Made by a program: the position numbers and the translations under genes. The notes under the pieces were generated by a model. It worked only from the letters and a program-made list of their open reading frames with translations. It made no database searches and had not been told where the DNA came from. From a virus: a DNA stretch of 64,000 nucleotides. The DNA lies in IMG/VR virus record IMGVR_UViG_2863177392_000001, positions 2,579-66,578 of that record. One strand, 5' to 3'. Of this stretch, positions 17,444 to 25,833 are shown one piece after another. Each line of letters begins with the position of its first letter. The first letter of the stretch is position 1.

Positions 17444-17680
17444 CTACTCCGCCGGGTCCTCCGTCGCGTGTCGCACCGCCTTCTTGACGGCCATCTCCAC
17501 GTCGTACCGGGGCAGCCCGGCCGCCGTGGCGTGGTCGGTGATCGCCGCCTGCACGGCCTCGGCAGCCTCGCGCCAGGCGCGGCGCTGCGCGTCGTACTCC
17601 TCGCCTTCGAGGCCGGCCAGCCGGGCCCGCTGCTCTTCGGCGGCGCGTTCCAGTGCGATCAGATCATCGGGGATGTTCAC
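17444..17680 (-). CDS. small hypothetical protein
   Basis: IPDDLIALERAA...EMAVKKAVRH; TACGAT-N6-GTG start. Confidence 0.7.
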   Translation of the reverse strand: MNIPDDLIALERAAEEQRARLAGLEGEEYDAQRRAWREAAEAVQAAITDHATAAGLPRYDVEMAVKKAVRHATEDPAE

Positions 17681-17706
17681 GGGGTGATCGTAGGCGGGAC
17701 ATAAGG

Positions 17707-17737
17707 AAGCCCCCGCCTCGACACGAGACGGGGGCTT
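17707..17737. terminator. hairpin terminator
   Basis: AAGCCCCCGCCTCG-aca-CGAGACGGGGGCTT. Confidence 0.6.
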
Positions 17738-17749
17738 GGACGGGTGGGG

Positions 17750-18127
17750 CTACGGCCGCCACTCCTTGCGGTAGCCCGGCCGGTCCGCATACGGCAGGGC
17801 CAGCAGGCGTAGGGTCAGGCAGTTCGACTGCCCCGCGGCCTCGTCCCAGGATTGGGCGGTGGTGCACGACAGGCAGTGTCGCTCCATCCCCGGTCGGACC
17901 TTTGGTGTCTGCGGAGTGTGCTCGGAGAGCAGTCGCCGCTTGGCGTCGATCTCGCGCAGCACCCGCGCCGGATCATGCGCGGCCATGTGGGCGCGCACCT
18001 CTACTCCGAGATCTGGCCCGTAGATCGCGATGTGCTCGGCCTCCCACTCTCCGTTCCCGGAGCAGGCCCGCGCGATCCGCTCGTCCTCGTCCAACTGGGC
18101 GCTCAGCCACACCACCAGCTCATCCAT
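17750..18127 (-). CDS. DUF6221-like protein
   Basis: WLSAQLDEDE...HDPARVLREIDAKRRLL...LRLLALPYADRPGYRKEWRP. Confidence 0.75.
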   Translation of the reverse strand: MDELVVWLSAQLDEDERIARACSGNGEWEAEHIAIYGPDLGVEVRAHMAAHDPARVLREIDAKRRLLSEHTPQTPKVRPGMERHCLSCTTAQSWDEAAGQSNCLTLRLLALPYADRPGYRKEWRP

Positions 18128-18404
18128 CCGACGCCTCCTCGGTGTCGGACGGCGGTTCGAGTTCCTCGGCGAGGATCTGTCGAACACGGCCGAAGCTGAT
18201 GCTCAGCTCGTCGGCGATCTGCCGGTACGTCATGCCGCTCTCGTGCATCCGGCGCACCGCCTGCTGGCGCCGCCAACGGAAGCGATCGACAGCTTCACCC
18301 CAGGCCTGCGTGATCCGCTTGGCCTGTTCGGTTGGCGGCTCGTCAGCCGCTACGGCGTCCACAGCGTCGAGCACTCGCCGCACCTCCTCCGCCCGGTCTG
18401 CCAT
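18120..18404 (-). CDS. HTH DNA-binding protein, putative regulator of the transfer operon
   Basis: GMTYRQIADELSISFGRVRQI; divergent from 18602. Confidence 0.8.
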   Translation of the reverse strand: MADRAEEVRRVLDAVDAVAADEPPTEQAKRITQAWGEAVDRFRWRRQQAVRRMHESGMTYRQIADELSISFGRVRQILAEELEPPSDTEEASDG

Positions 18405-18450
18405 GTCCGTTCCTTCCCGGGGCTCGGGAGGCGGATCTTCATGCCGTCTT

Positions 18451-18486
18451 GTGTAGGAAGACTACACGCGTGTAGCTTGGCTACAC
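18451..18486. promoter_or_regulatory. tandem operators GTGTAG-N5-CTACAC (two copies)
   Basis: Perfect inverted half-sites at 18451-18467 and 18470-18486 in the divergent intergenic region. Confidence 0.7.
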
Positions 18487-18601
18487 AACGGCTCGGAGCC
18501 CGCCTCCGACCGTGATCAACAACAAAGCCCCGGCCCGGAGTTGCAGCTCCACATGGGCCGGGGCGGACCCACCCCGAAGCGATCAAAGGAGCAGGTCCGC
18601 C

Positions 18602-18931
18602 ATGGAGCGTACCGACCAGCCCACCCAGCAGCCCAGCCCGGCGCAGCCCTGGCCCGTCGGCATCGTCGCCCGCTACCTCACCGACGCGGGCAAGGCCCTC
18701 GCCAACCCCGACCTCGCCGTCAACGTCCACACCTACCGGCGCGAGGCTCAGCACACCCTCGTCACGTGCAGCGTCTGCCCGTGGCAGTACGACGTCAGCG
18801 GCAACCCCAGCCTCAGCAGCTCGCTCCCCGACACGTACTGCGAGCGTGAGGCCAACCAGGCGGCCCACGCCCACGCCCAGGCCCACGCCGAGAAGTGCCG
18901 CGCCCTGCCCCGCCCCCAGGCCACACAGTGA
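18602..18931 (+). CDS. hypothetical protein (CSVC...HAEKCRALP)
   Basis: AAGGAG RBS; IVARYLT...HA..CRA.P pattern. Confidence 0.7.
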   Translation: MERTDQPTQQPSPAQPWPVGIVARYLTDAGKALANPDLAVNVHTYRREAQHTLVTCSVCPWQYDVSGNPSLSSSLPDTYCEREANQAAHAHAQAHAEKCRALPRPQATQ

Positions 18932-19095
18932 GCCGGCCCCCCGGACGCACCGCGACCCGCGCCCTCACCCTCCTCGCGCTGGCCGTCACCCTCATCGCCC
19001 TCGCTACCGCCCTCCACCGGTAGCCACCAGACCGCCGGGCGCGGCCCATCCCTCTGTGCCGCGCCCGGCCCTTACCGCTGTCCGCAGGGAGCACC

Positions 19096-19314
19096 GTGAA
19101 GACCCGACTCGTCGAAGTCCCCCGCCGCCGACCGGTGCGCCGCTACAAGCGCTGCGGATGCCGCCGACGCCGCTCGACCATCGTCGACACCTTCCACACC
19201 GCCTTCATGCGCTGGGCGCTCACCGCCCTCGCCTTACTCGCCCTCGCCGCCCACCAGGCCTGGCCGTGGGTCATCACCACCACCCTCGCCGCCCTCGCCT
19301 GGAAGCACCGCTAA
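19096..19314 (+). CDS. small membrane protein of the transfer operon, with a TTA codon
   Basis: Basic N-terminus plus hydrophobic C-terminus; in-frame TTA at 19234. Confidence 0.6.
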   Translation: MKTRLVEVPRRRPVRRYKRCGCRRRRSTIVDTFHTAFMRWALTALALLALAAHQAWPWVITTTLAALAWKHR

Positions 19315-19334
19315 CCCCCCACGGAGCCGTCACC

Positions 19335-20330
19335 GTGAAGAAGCTGACCAAGGGACAGATCATCGTCCTCGGCGTCGCCACCCTGCCGATGATCGCCGTC
19401 GGTATCGGCGGCGCCATCGGCACCTACGCCAACGCCGCGTCCGTCCTGCACCGCAAGGAGACCGCGCTCGGCGTCGTCGCCGCCGGCGAAGGCGCCACCC
19501 TCGTCGCGGCCCTCGTCATGATCGGCGTGACCATGCTCGGGCAGGCCGCGCCCCTCGCGATCCGCGCCGCGCTCTGGCTCCTGCCCGCCGCAGCGTCCGT
19601 GATGGGCCTCGCGATCGCCCCGACCATGACCGAGGCCGTGGTGTTCGCGCTCACCCCCCTCGCGATGACCGCCTCCGCGGAGGGCATCAGCTTCCTCGCC
19701 CGACGGATCGTCGTGCACCGCACCGGCGTCGACATCGAGGCCCAGCGCCGCAACGCCGCCACCCTCCGGCGGATCGCGTTCCACCGGGCGCGCGCCGAGC
19801 GCCACCCCTGGAAGTGGGTGCGGAAGGCCTCGGCGCTCGCAGCGTGGCGGCTCATGGGGCGGCTCGGCGATAGCGACGCCACCCTCGGTAGCGCCCTCAC
19901 CGACGTACAGAACACCCGGATCGTCGACGGAGCCAACACGGCGCTCGCCGCCATGTTCAGTAGCGCCCCCGCTCTGCCGCCCGTAGCGCAGCCCGCTACC
20001 CCGGCCGCCACGCCACGCCCCGTAGCGTCCTCCCCCGCCACACCGAAGCCGCCGCGCGCCACTCCGCCCGAGCCCGCCGCCACGCCACCCGCCGATAGCG
20101 CCACCGCCGCTGACGCCACCGTCGACCGGACGGTGCCGGCCTACGAGCCGGGCACCCCGCAGTACATCGTCCGCCAGCTGTGGCTGCAGCTCGGACACCG
20201 GCCCACCGAGAGCGCCATCGTCGACGCCCTCGGCGAAGCCCACCTGGCCAACTCCCGCGCGCAGGCCGGGAAGATCCGCCGCCAGGTCGAAGCCGAGAAC
20301 CCCGCCCTCCCCGGCCCCCGCGCCGCCTGA
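19335..20330 (+). CDS. SpdB-like multi-TM plasmid spread/transfer protein
   Basis: About 4 TM segments, Pro/Ala linker and HTH-like C-terminus; upstream of traA/traB. Confidence 0.6.
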   Translation: MKKLTKGQIIVLGVATLPMIAVGIGGAIGTYANAASVLHRKETALGVVAAGEGATLVAALVMIGVTMLGQAAPLAIRAALWLLPAAASVMGLAIAPTMTEAVVFALTPLAMTASAEGISFLARRIVVHRTGVDIEAQRRNAATLRRIAFHRARAERHPWKWVRKASALAAWRLMGRLGDSDATLGSALTDVQNTRIVDGANTALAAMFSSAPALPPVAQPATPAATPRPVASSPATPKPPRATPPEPAATPPADSATAADATVDRTVPAYEPGTPQYIVRQLWLQLGHRPTESAIVDALGEAHLANSRAQAGKIRRQVEAENPALPGPRAA

Positions 20331-21040
20331 CCTTGACCGCGACTGCAGCCCGACTGCAGTCACCCCCCGACCCGCCCCCCCCCTGAACAGCGCAAACCCC
20401 CACCCGGTCAGAGCGCGACTGCAGTCAGAGTCACAGTGAACGGAGCACCCCCCGATGACCCGCACGAAGACCGCCCCCGACACCCACCGCACCGTCGAGA
20501 CCCCGCCTGATCCCCCCACACAAGAGACGGCCCGGCCGTCTCCCGTCCTCGCGTGGCCCTCCGAGTGGCCCCTTCCCGAACTCCCCGAGCAGCAGACCCG
20601 GCAGCGCCGCACCCGCGGCCTGCCCATGGGCCCCGTCCTCGCGGGCGCCGGCAATGCCACCACGCTCACGACGACCGCCGCTTACAGCGTGGGCGGGCCG
20701 GCCGCTGCCGCCGTTACCGGTGTCGTGATCGTGGCGGGCGCTACCGCGGCGACGCTCCGCCGCCGCGCCACGGTGAAGGCCGGGCGCGCTACGGCGCAGC
20801 GGGCGCGTAGCGGCGGTGGTAGCGCCGTGCGTAGCGGGCCGGGCGGGGGCGGCAGCCGTAGCGGTAGCGGGTCCGGTAGCGGCTCCCGTAGCGGGCGTAG
20901 CGGTGGCGCTACCGGCCCCGGTGGCGCCGGCCGTGGCGTGCTGCCCCGTAGCAACGGGCGCTCGTCCGGGCTGGGCTCGCGTGGCGGCATGGGTGGCGGC
21001 GGCCGATCGCGTGGCGGGCTCCTCGGCGACCGCGGTAGCG
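19888..21040. repeat. dispersed GTAGCG/CGCTAC motifs inside coding sequence (candidate clt/TRS)
   Basis: 13 forward copies (19888, 19960, 19983, 20022, 20807, 20819, 20831, 20858, 20864, 20876, 20888, 20897, 21035) and 4 reverse copies (19994, 20739, 20787, 20907). Confidence 0.6.
20341..20426. promoter_or_regulatory. GACTGCAGTC palindromes (three copies)
   Basis: 20341 (1 mismatch), 20352 and 20417 in the spd-traA intergenic region. Confidence 0.5.
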
Positions 21041-21897
21041 CGCTCCGCAAGAACAGCAGCGGCCGCCACGACGGGCCGGGCCGCCACCGCCGGAAGCACG
21101 ACCGGCCGAGCAAGCGGCATCAGCAGCGGGCCGTGGAGAAGGCCGCCCGGAAGGCGCTGAAGCAGGCCGCCAAGCGGCTCGCCGCGAAGGACACCGCCAG
21201 CAAGGCGGGCAGCGGCGGCAAGCAGCACGCGCTGAAGGCCGCCGCCGGACGCGCGGCCCGAGCCGCGTACAACGCCGGCCGGCCCCTCCTCACCCGCGCC
21301 CGCCAGGCCGCCGCCCGGCAGGCACGCCGCGCCTGCGGCGCCCTGTGGGACGGCCTGTGCGCGCTCGGCGCCGGGACGTGGGGTCTCCTCTCCGGCGGCC
21401 CCAAGGGGGCCCTCGCCCGACTGAAGGCGGCATGGAAGCGGCGCCGCAAGAACCGCACCGAACCCGACACCGCCGAGCCGACCGTCGCCGCCACCGTGCG
21501 ACGCCCCGTCAACCCCAACCACGCCCAGAGTGCAGGAGGAACCACCATGTCCGGTGGACACCACTTCGTCGCCGCCGCCCACGAGATGGCGCGCGCCGCA
21601 TCCGCCTACCAGCCCACCGGCATGCTCCAGGTCGGCCAGGACTTCGCCGGACTCGAGGAGGCACTGCGGATCCACGCTGAGGCGCTGAAGACGACCGTTG
21701 AGAACGCCGACGCGAACTGGCCGCTCGCCCCGCAGATCGTCGAGATCATGCGGCAGATCCACGGCCTGCAGCTGAAGGCGGCCGAACTCGCTACCGAGCT
21801 CACGCCCGCGTTCCGCCAGCTCCACGACGTCGACATCGCCCGCCTGGAGAACCCCCGCACCGGCGAGCGCATGTGGGACGTCTCCGCCAACCTCTAA
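20455..21897 (+). CDS. TraA-like transfer accessory protein (possible internal start at 21547)
   Basis: TM segment, Gly/Ser/Arg low-complexity linker and helical C-terminus ending in ENPRTGERMWDV; directly upstream of traB. Confidence 0.6.
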   Translation: MTRTKTAPDTHRTVETPPDPPTQETARPSPVLAWPSEWPLPELPEQQTRQRRTRGLPMGPVLAGAGNATTLTTTAAYSVGGPAAAAVTGVVIVAGATAATLRRRATVKAGRATAQRARSGGGSAVRSGPGGGGSRSGSGSGSGSRSGRSGGATGPGGAGRGVLPRSNGRSSGLGSRGGMGGGGRSRGGLLGDRGSALRKNSSGRHDGPGRHRRKHDRPSKRHQQRAVEKAARKALKQAAKRLAAKDTASKAGSGGKQHALKAAAGRAARAAYNAGRPLLTRARQAAARQARRACGALWDGLCALGAGTWGLLSGGPKGALARLKAAWKRRRKNRTEPDTAEPTVAATVRRPVNPNHAQSAGGTTMSGGHHFVAAAHEMARAASAYQPTGMLQVGQDFAGLEEALRIHAEALKTTVENADANWPLAPQIVEIMRQIHGLQLKAAELATELTPAFRQLHDVDIARLENPRTGERMWDVSANL

Positions 21898-21916
21898 CCC
21901 CGACTGGGAGCACGTT

Positions 21917-24037
21917 GTGAAGCTCGACTGGGACGCCAAGCACGGCGCGATCACCGGCCCGATCAACACCGGGTGCGCCGCGCTGGCCGTCGGCTACGCC
22001 GGCCACACCCTGGCCATGCCGTGGGAGTGGGCCGCCCTCACCGCCGGGGCCGGGATGGTCGGCACCCACATCGCCGGCCGCCGCCACAAGGTCACGTCCG
22101 CGACGCTCTCGCTGCGCGCCGCGGGTTGGCTCGGCGCGGCAGGGTGGTGCTCGTGGGCCATCGTCAACGGCCCCTGGTCGCAGTGGGGCATGGGCAGTCT
22201 CCTCGCCGGTGTCCTCGGCCTGGGCGCGGCGATGGCCGGCGCGCACCACGTCGAGGAGAAAGCCGAAGAGGCGCGGGCCGAGCAGGAGGCCGCCGCCCGG
22301 CGGGCCACCCTGGACGGCAAGCGCAAGCAGATCGCGGACGAGTGGGAGGACCGCATCGTCCGCGTCTGCGGCGGCGCGGTCGTGCAGATCGTCGGCGTCG
22401 AGGTGTGGGAGTCCGGCGGCGGGTTCAGCCTCGACGGCGAGTGCGGCGCGGGCGGCACCCGTTGGAAGGACATCGCCGTCTACAAGGACCAGCTGGCGTC
22501 GGACGCGAGGCTTCCGGAGGGCTGCGGTGTCGAGGTCGGGCCGGGAGCGCACCGCGGCGCCGTCCTGATCCACGTGTCCACCGTGAACCGGCTGATCGAG
22601 GATGTGTACTACCCGGAGGACTACTCGCCGCTCACCGTCAACGCGCCGGCCCCGCTCGGTGTCCTCCGCGACGGCACCGCCGAGGGCCCGGTCAACCGGC
22701 AGACGTCCATGCTGGTCGTCGGCCAGCGCGGCTCGGGCAAGACGAACCTCCTCAACGTGATGATCGCCAACCAGTGCCGGATGGTCGACTCGATCACCTG
22801 GGTCATCGACCTCAACGGCGGCGGCCTCGCGCTGAAGTGGATGCGCGCCTGGGCCGCCGCGGGCAAACCGGGCCGGCCGCCGATCGACTGGGTGGCCGAC
22901 ACCCCGGAGAAGGCGCTCGGCATGGCGGCCGCTCTCGTGCGGGTCGCGAAGGCCCGGAAGGTCGGCTACCAGGACCGGGAGATCGCCGCGAACGACGACA
23001 AGCTGCCGGTGGACGCCGAGGTGCCGGAGATCCGTGTCTTCAACGACGAGGGCGCCGAGGTCTTCTCCACCCGCTCCCGCCGCAACGAAACCCTCCGCGC
23101 CATCGCCGACAACCTGATCCAGACCCTGGAGATCGCCCGCGCCGCCGCCGTCAACGAGACCACGTCCGGGCTCCGGGCCACTCAGGACGTGCTGGCCGAC
23201 CCGCAGGTCCTCAAGCAGTCCACATTCAAGGCCGGGATGAAGGTCGCCGACGATGCGGAGCTGAACTACTTCTTCGGCTACAACCACGGCGCGTCCGCTG
23301 AGGACGCCCCCTACCCGGGGTGCGCGCTCGTCCGGGACGGCGACAGCCAGGTCCACCCGATCAAGGTCTACCGGATGCGGCCGTCGCAGATCCTCGACAT
23401 CGTCAAGGCGACCGCCGACCGGCACCCCGAGCTGGACGAGCTGTCCCGCCGCGCAGCCGGTGAAGCGTACGAGCAGCGGTGGATGAACACCGACCACCTC
23501 CTCGGCGGGCCCGCCCCGCAACCGGCGCCCGTCGTCGAGGCCGCCCCCGAGCCGCCCGCCGCGGCGCCGCGCGGCCGGGGTGTCACCGCGGACTGGGGCA
23601 GCAGCCCCGCCGGCGGCGACGCCCAGGCGGCGATCGACCAGGCCGAGGCCGCGCGCCGCAAGCTGCACGAAGCGATGAGCGAGACCGGCCGCCGGGATGA
23701 CGACCTCGACGCCCAGTTCCTCGACATCCTCGCGGGCGGCGGCGTCACCTGGCAGCCACCCGCCACCGACACTCCCCCGCCCGCTGGGGACGGGGAGTCG
23801 CAGAACGACGACGCCGACCCGCGCCGCAAGATGGTCTTCGGGATCGTCGAGAAGGCCGGGCGCGACGGCATCGGCCCGGCCGCCATCCAGGACATCTTCG
23901 AGCGGTTCTTCAAGCCGCACGGCTACGAGACCCCGCACGCCGCGACGATCGGCCGCTGGCTGCAGGCCGACCCGCGCATCCACAAGCCCGGCTACGGCCG
24001 TTACGCCGTGCGCCCCGACCGCCCCCAGGAGCCGTGA
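21917..24037 (+). CDS. traB: TraB-like FtsK/SpoIIIE conjugal DNA translocase
   Basis: N-terminal TM segments, Walker A GQRGSGKT, Walker B VFNDEG, IARAAAV, C-terminal wHTH-like domain. Confidence 0.8.
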   Translation: MKLDWDAKHGAITGPINTGCAALAVGYAGHTLAMPWEWAALTAGAGMVGTHIAGRRHKVTSATLSLRAAGWLGAAGWCSWAIVNGPWSQWGMGSLLAGVLGLGAAMAGAHHVEEKAEEARAEQEAAARRATLDGKRKQIADEWEDRIVRVCGGAVVQIVGVEVWESGGGFSLDGECGAGGTRWKDIAVYKDQLASDARLPEGCGVEVGPGAHRGAVLIHVSTVNRLIEDVYYPEDYSPLTVNAPAPLGVLRDGTAEGPVNRQTSMLVVGQRGSGKTNLLNVMIANQCRMVDSITWVIDLNGGGLALKWMRAWAAAGKPGRPPIDWVADTPEKALGMAAALVRVAKARKVGYQDREIAANDDKLPVDAEVPEIRVFNDEGAEVFSTRSRRNETLRAIADNLIQTLEIARAAAVNETTSGLRATQDVLADPQVLKQSTFKAGMKVADDAELNYFFGYNHGASAEDAPYPGCALVRDGDSQVHPIKVYRMRPSQILDIVKATADRHPELDELSRRAAGEAYEQRWMNTDHLLGGPAPQPAPVVEAAPEPPAAAPRGRGVTADWGSSPAGGDAQAAIDQAEAARRKLHEAMSETGRRDDDLDAQFLDILAGGGVTWQPPATDTPPPAGDGESQNDDADPRRKMVFGIVEKAGRDGIGPAAIQDIFERFFKPHGYETPHAATIGRWLQADPRIHKPGYGRYAVRPDRPQEP

Positions 24038-24501
24038 TGTTGCCCGACGCGTATCAGCGGCACGCCCAGCCCACCGGGCAGCGCCCCGTCCACCCCGCCG
24101 GCGTGGAGCTGTACACGGAGCGACCCGCGGTCACGTGGGTGCCGTCCGCGCAGGACCCGAGCGTGATGGTGCCCGTGCTGAAGGAGTACGTGCAGCCGAT
24201 GCCGGCGCCGGTGCCGAGGGACCTGACTCCGCAGCCGCTGCTGGACCCGGTCGCGCAGCGCATGCTCGCTGGCGGGGTCGGGGTCGGCGCGGCCGGCGCC
24301 GGAGTGGGGTTCGGGTTGAACCAGCTGGCCGCTGGGGTCGCGATGATGGGGACGAGCGGGCTGGTGGTCCTGGCCGCGCTGCTCCTCGCGGCGGGCAGTG
24401 TGCGGGGGCGGAGCGTGGTGAACGTCCGCAACGAGGCGCACACGCACGTCCATCAGAAGTGGTTCGGGCGGACTGGCGTGGAGAACCAGCAGCGGGGCTG
24501 A
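24034..24501 (+). CDS. SpdD-like membrane protein
   Basis: Pro-rich N-terminus and two TM segments; coupled to traB. Confidence 0.55.
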   Translation: MMLPDAYQRHAQPTGQRPVHPAGVELYTERPAVTWVPSAQDPSVMVPVLKEYVQPMPAPVPRDLTPQPLLDPVAQRMLAGGVGVGAAGAGVGFGLNQLAAGVAMMGTSGLVVLAALLLAAGSVRGRSVVNVRNEAHTHVHQKWFGRTGVENQQRG

Positions 24502-24520
24502 CCGGCTGCCACACTGGACC

Positions 24521-24554
24521 GCGCCCCGTCTCGTCCCCCGTCGAGGCGGGGCGC
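24521..24554. terminator. hairpin terminator between convergent operons
   Basis: GCGCCCCGTCTCG...CGAGGCGGGGCGC. Confidence 0.6.
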
Positions 24555-24598
24555 CTTCATGTGCAGGCCCCGCGCCGGGAGTCCGGGCGGGGCCGTCG

Positions 24599-24826
24599 TC
24601 ATTGCGGGCCGCGTCTCCATGGCCGGTCGCCGGGCTGCGGTGGCCGCTTGCCCTCCTCCAGCTGCCTGCGCGCCGCGGTCGTCACCATCACGCCGACGAG
24701 GACGACGAGGGACAGGACGATGAACCCGGTCCAGCCCTGGGCGGCGCTGATGAACAGCAGGACCAGGGCGGCGACGAACACGCCGGCGTCGACGGCGCCG
24801 CTCTTCCGCTGGGGTTGATCGGTCAC
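24599..24826 (-). CDS. small membrane protein
   Basis: Two TM segments; AGGAG RBS. Confidence 0.6.
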   Translation of the reverse strand: MTDQPQRKSGAVDAGVFVAALVLLFISAAQGWTGFIVLSLVVLVGVMVTTAARRQLEEGKRPPQPGDRPWRRGPQ

Positions 24827-24984
24827 GGGGTGGGCTCCTTGCCCTCGTCGGCCAGTTCGCGCGCGTAGTCGGCGAGCATCTCCTCGATCTCCGCCCGCTG
24901 GAAGCCCTGCTGCAGCAGCGCGGCGGTGAGCCTGCGCCGGGCGGGGCGGAGGCTGTCCAGGGCTTCGAACGGGGGCGTGGTCAT
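24823..24984 (-). CDS. small hypothetical protein (not in the ORF track)
   Basis: MTTPPFEALDSL...EGKEPTP*; coupled at both ends. Confidence 0.55.
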   Translation of the reverse strand: MTTPPFEALDSLRPARRRLTAALLQQGFQRAEIEEMLADYARELADEGKEPTP

Positions 24985-25214
24985 GCGGTCTTCTCCTCGC
25001 TGCCCGCCGGGCGCAGCGTGAACGCGGTGCGCAGCCGGTCCGCCATGGTGATGCCGTCCGGCTGGACTGCGCGCATCACCGCGGAGGCGGCGGAAGCGAG
25101 TTGCCGCTCCATCGGTGTCAGCGGCCGAGGCTCGGACAGCGGTGGAGTCTCGTCGTCGTGGCGGTCGAGCTGGTGGAGGGCTCGGTCCACGTTCGGGTAC
25201 GGACGGTGCGTCAT
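24981..25214 (-). CDS. phage hypothetical protein
   Basis: MTHRPYPNVDRA...; GGAGG RBS; coupled. Confidence 0.6.
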   Translation of the reverse strand: MTHRPYPNVDRALHQLDRHDDETPPLSEPRPLTPMERQLASAASAVMRAVQPDGITMADRLRTAFTLRPAGSEEKTA

Positions 25215-25516
25215 GCGGGTGCCTCCTGGGCGCGCTTCAGCTGGGCGATCTCCTGGCGCAGCTCGTGGATGGTCCGCGCGAACTGCTCCGGTGTGTGCGT
25301 ACCGAGATGCTCTCGCAGCGCGGCCTCGGTGATCCGGGTTTCCGCGAGGCAGGCATTGCTGGCGAGCGCCTGCGCGGCCGCCGGGAAGTCGCTCGCGCCG
25401 GAGTCGGGCAGCGCGGTGAGTGCGGCGGCACGGGCCGGGCTCGGCGGTGGGACGTCGTGGTGCCAGCCGCATTCGAGTGGGCACAGGTAGCGGGTCGTGC
25501 CTGCGGCGGGGCTCAT
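25211..25516 (-). CDS. phage hypothetical protein (CPLECGWHH)
   Basis: Coupled ORF. Confidence 0.6.
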   Translation of the reverse strand: MSPAAGTTRYLCPLECGWHHDVPPPSPARAAALTALPDSGASDFPAAAQALASNACLAETRITEAALREHLGTHTPEQFARTIHELRQEIAQLKRAQEAPA

Positions 25517-25833
25517 GGGGCCTCGTCCTCGCCGCTCGCCGGGAGTTCCGCCACCTTGGCGCGCAGCTCGTCGAGTGCCTTAGCAGCTGGAACGCGCTTC
25601 TCCTTGCCGAGGGCCTTCGGGCCGGGTTTGGCCGGCTCGATGCCGTTGTCGCGGGCGATGCGCCGGACGTAGGCGGCGGTGAAGGGTGACCGGGCGGTGA
25701 CGTCGGTTGGGCGCTCGCCCGCCTTGAGGGCTTCCACGACTGCCTCGACCGCTGCGTCTCGGGAGGCATCGTGGGCCGCTTCGGTCTCGCGGTAGCGGAT
25801 CGCGGCCTGGTCGAGCTTGATCATCGGGTCCAT
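25513..25833 (-). CDS. HTH-like regulator
   Basis: ALKAGERPTDVTARSPFTAAYVRRIARDNGI; TACTCT-N7-ATG start. Confidence 0.65.
   Translation of the reverse strand: MDPMIKLDQAAIRYRETEAAHDASRDAAVEAVVEALKAGERPTDVTARSPFTAAYVRRIARDNGIEPAKPGPKALGKEKRVPAAKALDELRAKVAELPASGEDEAP

Noticed and set aside
21800-23983. Long antisense and alternative-frame ORFs (e.g. 21800..23983-, 7554..9533-, 28139..30040-, 48181..50016-)
   Set aside because: Shadow ORFs expected in high-GC DNA opposite well-supported genes; no motifs or RBS.
21917-24037. Chromosomal FtsK or type VII secretion EccC
   Set aside because: Single ATPase domain with a plasmid-type neighbourhood; no other T7SS genes.
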